Source: Paragordius varius (lineage: Eukaryota; Animalia; Nematomorpha). From it: DNA of 64,000 nucleotides. Positions 39,893 through 52,800 of this stretch are shown here, one piece after another (within the stretch, counting starts at the first letter, position 1; each line of letters begins with the position of its first letter). Below the pieces are notes generated by a model. It had not been told where the DNA came from, did not search any database, and was given only the letters and a program-made list of their open reading frames with translations. The stretch covers positions 5,084,001 through 5,148,000 of the forward strand of contig OZ176050.1 of NCBI GenBank assembly GCA_964247055.1, read 5' to 3'. A program made the translations under genes and the position numbers.

Positions 39893-41324
39893 CCTAAATA
39901 ATTTGGAAGCGGATATTCCCATTTCCAGCCTTTCGAAGCTTTGTGTTTACTGTCAGGGAGTTTTAAATAGTGAGATAGATCCAAAAAAGTTTCATCTAAT
40001 TCAAACAAAAAATAATTAAACCTCAAACTTATCCAACGCAATATTGTTTATGTAATATTTTAATGATATTTTTAACTTACTACAATATTTGCCTTTGTAT
40101 TGGCGGACACAATTGCAGTAACCATTCATGCAACTATTACTCAACTTGGTTGTATTTGATTGACAATTTACGCAATCTATATTAACATTTTTAAAAAAAA
40201 TATGAGCTGTGGATAATGACAGCTATTTGCAAGAGATTTTGGTTAAAAACTAAAAACATGATTATCATCAACAGACTTTTTATTTAGTTTTTAGGAAGTA
40301 CAATAAAATAAAAAACGCTATATTACCCTTTAACTTAAAAACAACATTTTGTGACAGTATTATGAAATCATATTACGTTTTGCGGAATTTGTAAAAAAAA
40401 CAGTATATCGCTAATACGTTACATCTGAAAATATTTATCACCACAATAATGATGAAGAGTTGAGTTTTTTGTGTAATCAAGTTCAAGTATAAAAACCGTA
40501 GAAAATATTGTGCTAATTGTATATTTTTATAATCTACTCAACAAAAAAAGAAACAATATTTTATGTTTAAAATAAGTTATTTATAGCCATTACCTTCAAC
40601 ATTTTTGTTATGTTTGCCTGATCTATGAATATTATCTTTTATGTTAGCCTGAAAAATACACTGTTATTGTGGATAGGTTGAATAAAAATATAATTACAAA
40701 TTTTTATGTATAGAGATTGCTTCTTAATGAGATTAATCAAAATTTTATTAATTAATCTACAAGCCGTTACAAGTGATTTTTTTAGTATAATCTCTAAACT
40801 TATAACATTGTATGGCCTTTTAGGCATCCAAAAAATAATTTCAGTAAATGATTAAAAATATTTAAGTCAAACTTTATTAAATCGCCAAAATAGTGGCACA
40901 TTGTGATTGATTAAAATTTAAAATACTTTTGTTCCAACTATTTTTAATAATCATTGATTTTATATCAGCTGTCTGTCTCAGTTGGGTTAAATAAAGATTT
41001 TAGAAGTTACAAAAGTTAAACTAAATCTTTTTTATCTAATATATAAGACTAATGTATAATGTATTTTGGCTAAACATATTTCCTCAAATTGTTTTTAGGA
41101 TATGTAGGCTGGGGAAAAAATTAACCGCAATCATATATTTTAAACAAATATTTAAAAGATAATGAAGTGCTAAATGTAAAACTTATAAAAGACATTTAAA
41201 AAAAAGCAAGGAAAAATTAAAACTGGATTACGTAGTTGACACTGATATCCATGATAGCCAGGTTTACAATCACAAAGTCCTATAGCATTACATTTTAGTG
41301 TGTTGGCTACATGACATTTACACT
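39893..41324 (-). CDS. Candidate upstream exons of the unidentified minus-strand gene, including one laminin-type EGF-like module
   Basis: Exon 41232-41324 is phase 1-1 and reads CKCHVANTLKCNAIGLCDCKPGYHGYQCQL. Exon 40594-40648 splices in phase to ~39893-39992 (DETFLDLSHYLK..GWKWEYPLPNYL), which is phase-compatible with 33395. The link from 41232 to 40648 is unresolved. Confidence 0.45.
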
Positions 41325-43108
41325 CTATAAAATATCAAATGGTCATAATTATCTAGATATAATTTACTTTTTAATATCATAAATGACATATATAAATAAC
41401 ACTGTTCAACAAGGTTTTGCACCACCCCATTATTTTTGCATTTTCTGATACCTAATGGCATGGAAAGGCCAAAACAAAAAAGAAAATTGAGGCCACCAAT
41501 AGGATTTTTTCAAAACTTAATTTTTAAATTTGTATTTAATTCAAAAATAACAATCATTCCTCGCGAACTTATGTTTAAATATTCATACAAGCAAGTCGAT
41601 ACAAGTAATATTCCATGCATGGATAACAAATTCTAGGCATTAAATAAGATACTAAACAAGCTAAGAGCCAAAGTATTAAAAATCTAAAAGGGGCTTATGT
41701 ATAGTGTGATAGATATGGGCGGCTGCACAAGCTCTGCATATCCCCCAAGCGATCCTATAACTATGCCAGATATGGCAAAGATAACAATAAGTAATCGTAA
41801 AGTCCGATAAGAGAGACTTGCAAGCAAAATCGTGGCAAATTGACATGTCAAATTAACCAGTTTACAAAATAAAGTTAGATAAATTCTACAATTAAATTGA
41901 AAATAAATTAGGTAAATACAAATGGTCCAACCCCTTAACAGTAAATTCTACTAAAAGTGGCTACACAAAATCCATCTGAAATTCAAAATACAAAACAACC
42001 AATAATCTTAAAAAAATAAGGTATATCCACTAGGTATAAATAAAGGATTTTTTATAAGAACCAACTCAAGAGAAAAAGTCTAATAAGTACTCGAAAGAAC
42101 GAAATCTAACAAAAAAATATAGCCTATCTGAAAGCCGAAGGTTTAAACCATAGAATGCCTTTTTTAGTATTTTTTTAAAAAAATTTTATATGTGTTAAAA
42201 ATTCACTTGAAAAAAAAGACTAAATTTTGACGTTTAAGTCCCTACTATTTTTTTCTCTCTGATATTTAAATGACATATTTATATTCAAAAGATAGAGTTT
42301 AAAACGCTTTATTAACTGATAATAAGTTTTTAATATAATAACATTTTATTATAAAGTTATATTTAATTTTCTCTCGATTTTCTCTTGTTTTTGAAAAATT
42401 AAAAAACCTATAAAATTTCAAAATTCTGATTGGCGATATCAAAATTTTTTTCAAATTCGGTTTTAAAACACTAAAATTAGTCATAATTTAAAAAGTTTGA
42501 GTGGTGGTGCTTAAAAATGTCCAAATTTGTCGACTAGTGTAATTTTATACTATGATAAAAAAATGAATTCAAATCCATAATTTGGGATATTGAAATTAAT
42601 AGTTTTAACTATTCAGGTTAAAAAATATATTCGAGAAGTAATATAGAAATCAATATCTGCTCTCTATTATAAAGTTTACAAAACAACCTCTTTAGGTATT
42701 TGGTAATACCCGTTTTGTTGATTAATGTGGTCAACCTGTTTATTTTTGTTATGATATTTTATACATAGAGATAAATATTAAAACTGAAAATTACTTAATT
42801 TATTTTTAATCCCATTATACATAAAAAATTTATAATTAATTTAGCAATTTTATGAAAAAATACAAATAATAAAGAGGTTCGGAAGAATATTTGCAATAAA
42901 TAATACAATTGATCTACTCCGATATATTAGTCGGCACTGATATTCTGGAATTTGTAGCATGATTTAACATTATTATATGATTATTTATAATAGATATGCA
43001 AGTTGACGTAACAAATAACTTTTATATTTTGCAGAATTATTAAAAATATACAATTTAGAATCTCCTTTTTCCTTTTTTTAAAGGGTAAGGACTTAAATTG
43101 TATCCCGA

Positions 43109-43216
43109 CATGTGAAGACTTCAACACTCGCCTGCCCAGGGCTGACAGTGATGATGGGAAAATTGCGTATTTCCGGGGTTCGAATGCAATGTACCGGCGC
43201 CCTACCTACTATACCA
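43109..43216 (-). mobile_element. tRNA-derived SINE-like repeat, copy 2
   Basis: The reverse complement starts TGGTATAGTAGG, then ATTCGAACCCC, then tacgcaattttcccatcatcactgtc..gggcaggcgagtgtt, matching copy 1. Confidence 0.6.
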
Positions 43217-45247
43217 TCACGCCATTATTTTGCAGAATTATTAATTTTTGGCAATAGCAAAACAATGAGTGGTATCAAAACTGTAACTTATGTCTAATCG
43301 GAAAATATATTTGACTAGATTAGGGTATATTAATAAAGCTTAATAATTATTCGGGTTATAAGTATATAAGTCAGGTTTGACCTGTCATCTGTTTAGAGTT
43401 TTTTTTATAAAAAGAAATGTTCTTTTTTTCTAGTAATGCTAATTATTTATATATATCCTTGCATTAACCCAATATCCGTTAAAATTAAAAAATATTGGCT
43501 TGTCACTTGTGCTTAGGGGAAAATATTTTTTCAGTGATTTTTAAGGTAAACATACAACAGTAAAATAGGCGATTGCTCTTAAAATATTTTATATAATAAT
43601 AATTATATCAGATGAATTATATTATACCTTTTATAAGTGAATTTAAAGTTGTAGTGTCATAACATTTTATTGGCATAAGTTGGTCCATCAATTGTCCGGA
43701 TAGAAGGATATAAAAATAAATTTTCAGATGCATTTTAAAAGGTGTTTTTTTGGGACAAATAATTTTTATTTTTTGGTAAAACGGAATATCAAAACAAAAA
43801 TAAGTTCATTCGTTTAGTGGAGAAAACCCATTCATATATATTATAACACCTTATAGTACGTGTTTTGGTTTGATTTTAATTTTATATAATTTAAAAATTG
43901 TTAATTTAAAGAGCATGCATATAATGTATAAACTTATTTGGTTATTTAAAGGTTATTGCATAAAATAAAAATTTATACCAATATTTATTAAATTACACAA
44001 CAATTTTGATCAAATTTCAGGATTACATATCGAAATTAGGGTGCTAATTCTAATAAAACAAATTTTAAAGCAGCATCTTGCCTAATCTATGTGCAGCATT
44101 TTTAATATGTGGTGGATATTAATAAAATATAGAGTAATTATACTCAAACACAACTCTATAAGTGCTTTTTTGTGACCCTGAATTATTTATTAAATTTTTT
44201 GATGTGCTTATTTTCAATATAAATAATATCTGCAAATGTGAAGAACAGTTATGATTTTTTATCGATATTATATGGTGCACTCGCCCTTGAGACAAGATAA
44301 AGATTTTTTGCAACTCTTCAATTTATGCCGAGTACAACTGATATAAAGAAACTAAAAACCTCCAAAATATAAATTCATTTTTTTTCCCGGATGATAGGCT
44401 TGAATATAATTTACAAAAAAGGCTCTGATGAAATAACGTATGTAATGAGGTCAGGAGGCGTTGTTTTTTACTCGTCACCTTGGCTAAATTAAACAGTCCA
44501 ACGACAAAAAATTTACGATAAATAAATCTTTGGCTTAATTTTAATTGAGTTAATTGAGCACAAAAAGTAAACATGCCAAATAAATTTTCCCTTTCGAAAA
44601 AAAAATGTTTTTTTGAAATCTACAATATATGTATTTAATCAATGTAAAAATATCATCTATAATTGGAATAAAGAGCTAGAAAATAGATATATGGTATTAG
44701 CTGCTAATATTCAATTATGCCAATCCTTAAATTCTTTGAGATTCACCCTTAACCTTGTGCATTCCTATCAAATTTTTATCGGTTTGTAATACCATTTCGG
44801 TCTATGCATAAGAAACAAGTCAAATGCCTTGTCCACACAACACACTCAATATTTGTTTATGGTAACCTTGACATCACTAAAAATATGTGATTTGTGTATC
44901 TTTTAATTAAGACACTGTCCAAATCATAAAAGATCTGAGATTTTCAGATAATATTTTCCAGTTACGTGACCAAAAATTATATGTCTATAAAACTTACGTT
45001 ATAATAAACCGTATACTTACTATATGTATATGGAAATATTTGAAATATAATGTAAATTAGTGTGTCAATATTTATTTTGCTTTAATGCTTCGACTTATAT
45101 ATATATATATATATATATATATGATCTTTCAAAAATAATATATAATAAGGTAATATAGTATAATGAGTGCATGTTTGTCAATTGTTATATTTAGCTACAT
45201 TTATTCTTGAACATTGTGTTTTATGATTCTTCTAAAATCTGTGCTCA

Positions 45248-46796
45248 ATGATTAATAATAATATAATTTTTGTAATACTAATAATAATAATATTAATTAT
45301 GGCACCAAGTTATTCGGAAAAGATTCAACAAAAAAATATTTTATTCATCGTTGCGGATGATTTGGGTAAATTTATATTTTTTGACATTTTTGTAAATTAT
45401 GGACAAAAATAAATATGAAACTAATCAATTAAAAAATCTCACCCAACAGACTTAAAAATTAATTCACCTTTTTAGCCAATTATAAAACCGAATAAGTTGG
45501 GCAATTGGTAATACAGTAGCGTATGGTGTAAAGTAAATTTTGTCCATAATTATATAATAAATTTAAAGTCGTAGGATAGAAAAAAATTGTAATTTCAACT
45601 ACTTGTTGTTTGTGACGCATACACTACTGTATTGCTAATTACCGACAATAAGGTTAATTGACTAACATTAATGTGGATACTGTAATGGCACTCTTTGCCG
45701 TATTTTTTTTAAATAGTTTTATTTGAGGTGGAAACATAAACTTTTCTATACTAAATGATGCAGGTTTCAATGATGTGGGCTGGAATAATCCCAATATGCC
45801 TACACCAAATCTGAATCGGCTGGCATCGGAAGGCATAATACTCAATCAATCCTACGCCTTGCCAATATGTACTCCGTATGTTATGTTTTAATAATACTAT
45901 TCAAATATTTTCTTATGTTTTGAAAGATTCATGAAATAATTTTAGTTTAAGTCAATATTAGCATCATGCAACATAAAAATAAAGCACATTAATTATGTTT
46001 TTCTAAATTTAATATTTTAGTTCAAGAACTGCTTTTATGACAGGAATATATCCATACAAAGTGGGCTTACAGGTATGATATAAGTTATTTAATTAACTTT
46101 TACAAAATATACATTAATTAATTGTAGTTTTTCAACTATTATCTCTGACAAATTTGTATGGGTAGTTTGGATCATATTAATTTGATACCTGCGTTGACAA
46201 AAGATTAGGGGAAGGTTTAAAAAATTAATTGAATTAATTCATGATACTTTTCATAAAAATTGTACACGGCTTTTAACCCAAAAAATAAAATATATGTACA
46301 CAATCGTTTTCACTGTTTATATTGTAAAAATGCTCTCCATTATTAAAATTATCATTTTTCTTTGTTTAGTAAATAATATTGACACTTTTGTACCAAATAT
46401 ATTAATAAATGTATTCGTGACTAATTATTGTTTTCCCAATATTTTTGAAACTAACATTGCTTTTATTTTAGAGATAATAAATCAAGAGGTTTATTCAAGA
46501 ATCGTAATATAGCCACCATTTTTCCTACTTAAAACAAAGTTTTGACAAATATTTAAATGATCAATAAATTATTTAACCAATAATTCTCATATTATAAATC
46601 TTACACATAAACATTGACAATAATTAATCAGGTGAATGCCATTGAATCGCTTCAACCAAATGGGATTCATCCTAAGTATAAGCTTCTACCCCAAAAAATG
46701 AAGGAACTGGGTTATGCCACTTATATGATAGGCAAGTAAGAAGCCGATTAATGAATTTTTTAGTATCATATTTATTTTTTTATGATAAATGATATT

Positions 46797-46854
<58 letters not shown>

Positions 46855-49800
46855 TAAGATGGCATTTAGGATATTGTAATCCTAAATACCTTCCCAACAA
46901 GCGTGGCTTTGATCATTTCTATGGATATTACATGGGACATCAAGATTATTATTTCCACAACTACAGTAATATTTTTACGTTTCAATACTGTCCTAGATCT
47001 ATAAACTTGTAAAAAACATCAAAATTTGTTTTTTTATAAAAAATTATCAAACATTAAACACATATGCTTCATATAGAAAAGTGTTATTTTTACAGTTTTT
47101 TTAACTTCTACCTACCTACCTGTTTTGATTAATATCTGGAAAATATGCTGTCAAATTAAAAAAATCAATAATATTTTTATGTTCAGTTTTTTTAACAAAT
47201 AAACATAAAATTCCAAAAATATTGGCGGCTACGAGGATTTTTTACAACGTTACATTTTCAAATACTTATTTTTACAATGCAAAAAGTTTATAAATGACAA
47301 ATGACACTGTCCTTATTTGATAGATGTATATATATTAATTAAATTGGAAATCGCTCTAGTGTAAAAACGACCCAAAGTAAGTTCCAAAAATATCTTTTAT
47401 TTAAAATTTTAAAATGATTTAAAAAGTATAACCCTTTTTGGAGCAAACTATGAGTCATCATTATTACGGAAGATTATTGTATTATTTTTTAACAAGACTG
47501 TTGAGGCAAACGTATACCAACCATTTATCTATTATTATCCAGTGTCTTTGCATAGATTAATTATATAAACATATAATTTTCTTTACTATTTACTATAAAG
47601 AAATAAAATATATGCTAGAAATAAAATATATGCTACATACAATCTAATAATAGATTTAATTTAACACCGATTGTTTATACTTTATTGAAGAAACAAGTCG
47701 TAATTATTTGGGGCTAAAGTTCATAAACTAAATTAAATGTGCTAAAAATATCTGGTTTCGTAAGGCTCTACTTCACCTTTCTTTTGTTTATAATATAAAA
47801 TAAAAACTTTAAGTAGGACGATTTAGTATATATATATAAATATTAAACTGAATATTTTAGCCGGTCAATATGCAAATAATACACCGTTTACTGGGTTTGA
47901 TTTTAGAGATGATTTTAAACCATGCAGGCAAGCTATCGGAACCTATTCTACGGTACCTCATTCTAACATAAATTTGGCGCTAATATTATTTTATGTATGG
48001 ATATATTAATGGTATTTAAAAGGATCGCATGCGTTTTCAATATGAATTGCTCGCTTTGTAAATTGCCTAAAAATAAATTCAATAAATTTTTATCGCTTTA
48101 AAAATCGTTTATAACATTTAATTATTGGAAATATCTGATATAAAATTTCAAATTTTGTAGATTTGATAATTATTTATTGTTTAAATACCATTCATAAAGG
48201 AATGTGTATTTAAAATAAATTTTTTGATATTTTACCTGTATAAATTTAGTCTGAAACTAACTCTTTTTAAATTGTCAATGGGAATTTCTAAAGATATCAA
48301 TGATAAAAAAATTAGCTCTACCTATGGACGTAACAATTTCATTGGTTTAGATATAACAGTAATATAATATTTTTATTATATTAGAAGTTATATCTAAAAA
48401 AGTACAAAGAATACATATCCAATCGGGATCGCACAAAACCGTTTTTCATGTATATGGCCTTACAGAATGTCCACAGTCCATTACAAGTATATTATCTTTT
48501 ATTAAATGTAATAACAATTTATGCAAAAAAATTTTGTAAAAAGCTAATATATTCATAAATTTTAGGGGAATGACTCATAATTTATACTGACAAGTTGAAA
48601 TGACCATTTTTAGGGCCAAACTGGACGCACCTACGGAGTCTAAGAAAAGAAATAAAATATTTACAAAGACTATCGCAATATAAAAATATTAAGAATTCGG
48701 CAAATTTAATTGCTAAATTACCATACATTTTTTGAAAGTTTTTTTTACTTTATTAGGCCCCAAATCCTCGCAACTCAAAGTGTATGGCTATAAAGGACAC
48801 GATTCGCAGAAAATATTGTAGTAAGTTAATATTATAATAAATTCTTCGTTTAAAATATTTAATACTGTTTAACAGTTTTATTTTTTCATAGATATGGTCC
48901 TTCAGATCGATATCCTAGTTAATGAAATGGTGAAAGTTTTAGAGAGGCGAAAACTTTTACACAACACCCTTATTGTCTTTACTTCTGACGTATGAGTAAA
49001 TTTTTAGCTTTAAATTTAATAATTGTTATTATCTATAATCTAAGGATTATATTATGAGTTCCCAAATATTGCAATGATTTGTTTCTAATTGTCTATGCCA
49101 GGGGGTGCAACACAGATGGCGCGGGCCGCATTCCAAATGTATTTGGGCATAAATAAATATTTATTTGATTTCAAACATAAGATTGTCATATGCAAACACT
49201 GTTCTTTGCCAATTACGTAAACTATTTAGAAAATTTGTTTAAAAGATATCAATTTTATTAAAATTTTGTAAGCATATTTTTGAAAACTTTGGCCGTGTGT
49301 TGAACTACCATGATCCATACCAGTGACGGTTCAAATTCACCCATAAACAATAGCATCCATGATAACTTGAAAATATATTATTAAGCCACCCACTAAAATC
49401 AATATTATCAAATTTTAAATTTAATAAAAAATTCCGATTTCGAAAAGTGGAAAAAGGCGAAAAACATGGAAAAAAATTGTGACTCATTTGTGGAACCTAA
49501 ACTATAAGCTTTCTTGGAACCGTTTTGCAATCCAAAAATGGGTCCGGAGCCGTTTCAAGAACAAAAACCGCGGTTTTTAATTAATATGATTTTTTGAATT
49601 TTTTTTCTTCAGCGAAACCGAAACTAAAACCCTTGAAAAGCAAACTAAAGTAACGTCCACTCTTGGTTTATTTGTCACAGAAAACAATAATAAATTTTTA
49701 AGGCAAATTTTAAATGTTTATGTATAAAATTAAAATATAATATAATTGATTTTTAATACGAAATTAAGTGAAGATTATACGGTGTCAATCGTATAATTCA

Positions 49801-52800
49801 GAACCTGCCAAACCTACTATTAGTTTTATCCATAACAAAAAATTGGAAATAGAACATAATTCAGAATTCAGAATTAATATTTAAATTTAGAATATATATA
49901 TATATATATATATATAAATATCTTAAAATAATTTATTTAAGAACGGAGGACAGGTCATGTATGGCGGAAATAACTTTCCTTTGCGTGGATGCAAAGGCAC
50001 AGCCTGGGAAGGTGGTATACGTGTTCCTGGTTTCGTTTATGCCAAATTTATGAATATTCAACCATACGTTAGTAATAAGTACGCTTTTTGCACATTCGAA
50101 TTCGATAATGTAATATATATGTATATATATATAAACTTAACGGTACTGTTTAGCAAAAAGCGCTTGCAACTAGGTCTAATTTCTGAGTGTACCTTTGAAT
50201 AGTTTAGTACCGCAGTCCGAAATGTAATGTATAAAAGTTTGCATTGAAATCACTCGTAAATGTAATCCTTTTACAATGATGTATAGTATAACCAAAATTT
50301 ATTGATATCCCGATAGATACCGCGTTTCATCCAAAAAAGCATATTTTTTATATAACAATATTGTTTTAAAATCCTATATTAACCGATTTACATTAAAGTA
50401 AGGAATATTGATTGTAAAAAAATCATGCATAGTTACCTCTGCAACGCTCATAGATTTTTATTGAAAATATTAAGTAATTTAAGTTAATTTTTTATTGGCT
50501 GGGGCTTTCATGAGACAGTTCTTTTTTGATGATTAAATGACCATATTCATAAAATAGTAAAAATTAAAGATAAATTGATCGATAGTTTTTTCGACTAATC
50601 ATCAAATAAATGAATTGCAATAATATTTTTTTATATTTTTTAAGATTATATCATGCCACGGATTGGTATCCAACTTTTGTAAGCCTAGCTCAAATGGGCG
50701 TCAAAAAGAAGATGAAAAACTTAGATGGCTACGATATTTTAGAATCCTTAAAGAAAGAAGAGAAGCCATCCCCTCGTAACCATTTCATTATAAACATGTT
50801 AACTGATAATGGGACCTTCATGGGAATTCGGTATTTATAAATTTATATATATGCCTAAGGTGACCAGATTTTTATAAAGAAAAAGCGGGACAAATCTGAG
50901 AAGGGGGGGTCATTGGGGGGTACAACAAAAAATTTTTATACAAAAAATTTGTTGTAATATTTATTTGTTTTTAACACAAATACATTATAAATATAAAATA
51001 ATTGGTACCTCACAGGTTGTTTGTACCTTATTCAATAAATTTACATGTGCACGAACAAAGGGTGAAGTGATTGAAATATTCTAGAAAAAATAATAAAGTC
51101 GAAATCATCACAAAGTGCGCTGGGTGATGCAAGAAGCGGCACAAAAAATATTTTTAACAATTTAGCGGATAATCTAAATCAAAACATTATTGGTAGATAC
51201 ACAACGGTATTCAAACAGCTACTGATTTGTTACCCCTAGATGTGGAAAATATAGATGTTAAAATGCTTGGATATTGTAGAACTGGTGATTAGCTCTTTTG
51301 CCAGCGATTGAAATATTTATAAAAATATGATCTCCTAGAATTCTATTTATCACAGGACAAAGGTCAAAATTCCAAGTCAAATTATTATTATTATTATTAC
51401 ATGTTTTCACTCGTGAGAGCGGTCATGTTATACAACCTGTCGCCATAAAACTCTATCTATGGCGTCCTCTGCATTAAGCTCGTATCCTGCTAGCTCTCTT
51501 TTTACTGTATCTATCCATTTTGTTTTAGGTCGCCCACGTCCTCGTTTTCCCTCAACTATATAACCATCTATTATTTTTGCAATATAATTAGATTCTCTCC
51601 TTTCAATGTGCCCGTTTGAAAGATTACTTTTTGATTTTTGGGAGCAGATATAATCAAATAATTTTTGGACATCGCACCAATTAAATTCTGATTTTAATGT
51701 TATCCAATGAAAATGATCAATTTCATTGAATTGCGTCGTCCAGTCTTCCAAATAATCTTTACAGTTTGTATGAAACATTTTTATATGGTACAGGATATCT
51801 TGGCGATTTATTAAGCCATGTTTTTCTAAATTATTTATTATATTGCGGATGGTTAATGGTATAAAATTATTTTCTAACCGTTCTTGACATTGGAATTTTA
51901 GGTTACTAGCTTCATTGGCTACTTCGGCCGAAATTTTATCACCTTCTATTTATTTAATAACACTTTGGAAGAGAAAAACTTGATTATGTAAGAATTCTAA
52001 CCATATTTTTGAAAAATCACTTTCAAAAACTTTTTTAAAGTTGTAGGACATTTGTCCTGTGATAAAAAAAAGATTTTAAAAGATCATACATTTTTAAAAT
52101 TTCGATAGCTGGCATAAAAGCTAACCAACATTTACAATATCCTAGCATTTTATGATATTAAACGTCGCATTTTCACAGAATTCTTTAAGCATTCTAACAC
52201 GTACCGTGTATATATAAAAATAGGAATATATTTTGACAACTACATTTTCCACATTTAGGGGTAACAAATCAGCAGCTGTTTGAATAGCGTTGTGCACTCC
52301 CAACGCCAATAATGTTTTGATTAAGATTATCTGTTAATTTATGAAAAATATTTTTTGTTCCCCTCCTTGCTTTTCCACTAAAGTTCGTAATTGGTGTTGT
52401 CAGTATGCGATAATTTTGTTTTTTAAATTATTTTTTTCTAGAATATGCATTAATGAGGTAAATATTATTTCGGAATGTTCACCGGGTAGAAAAATTAAAT
52501 CTAAAAATTTAATTTCGGTTTCTGAATCAATATATCTAATTAAAGTGGCAAATAATTTCGTTTCATGGTGATTTGATGCATCATATAGGGATAAGAAATT
52601 AATTTTCAGCAAATCTTTTTGTAATTCAGAAAATGCATGTGAAGGAAATTGCACACAATGGCTTCAGCCTTTGTAGGGCACATGTAAATTTTTTATGGAA
52701 TAACGTGAGAAGTGAGGTACAGTCCATAGATCTAAAGGAATGATTGTGATTAACGGCGTGAAAAGATAACACGCCCTCAGCTAGTGCCAAATTTTCTTCC

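Noticed and set aside
43109-43216. Possible tRNA gene (GGTTCGAA-like T-loop)
   Set aside because: No acceptor or anticodon stems could be paired, and it shares a non-tRNA body with 35416-35533, so it is called SINE-like.
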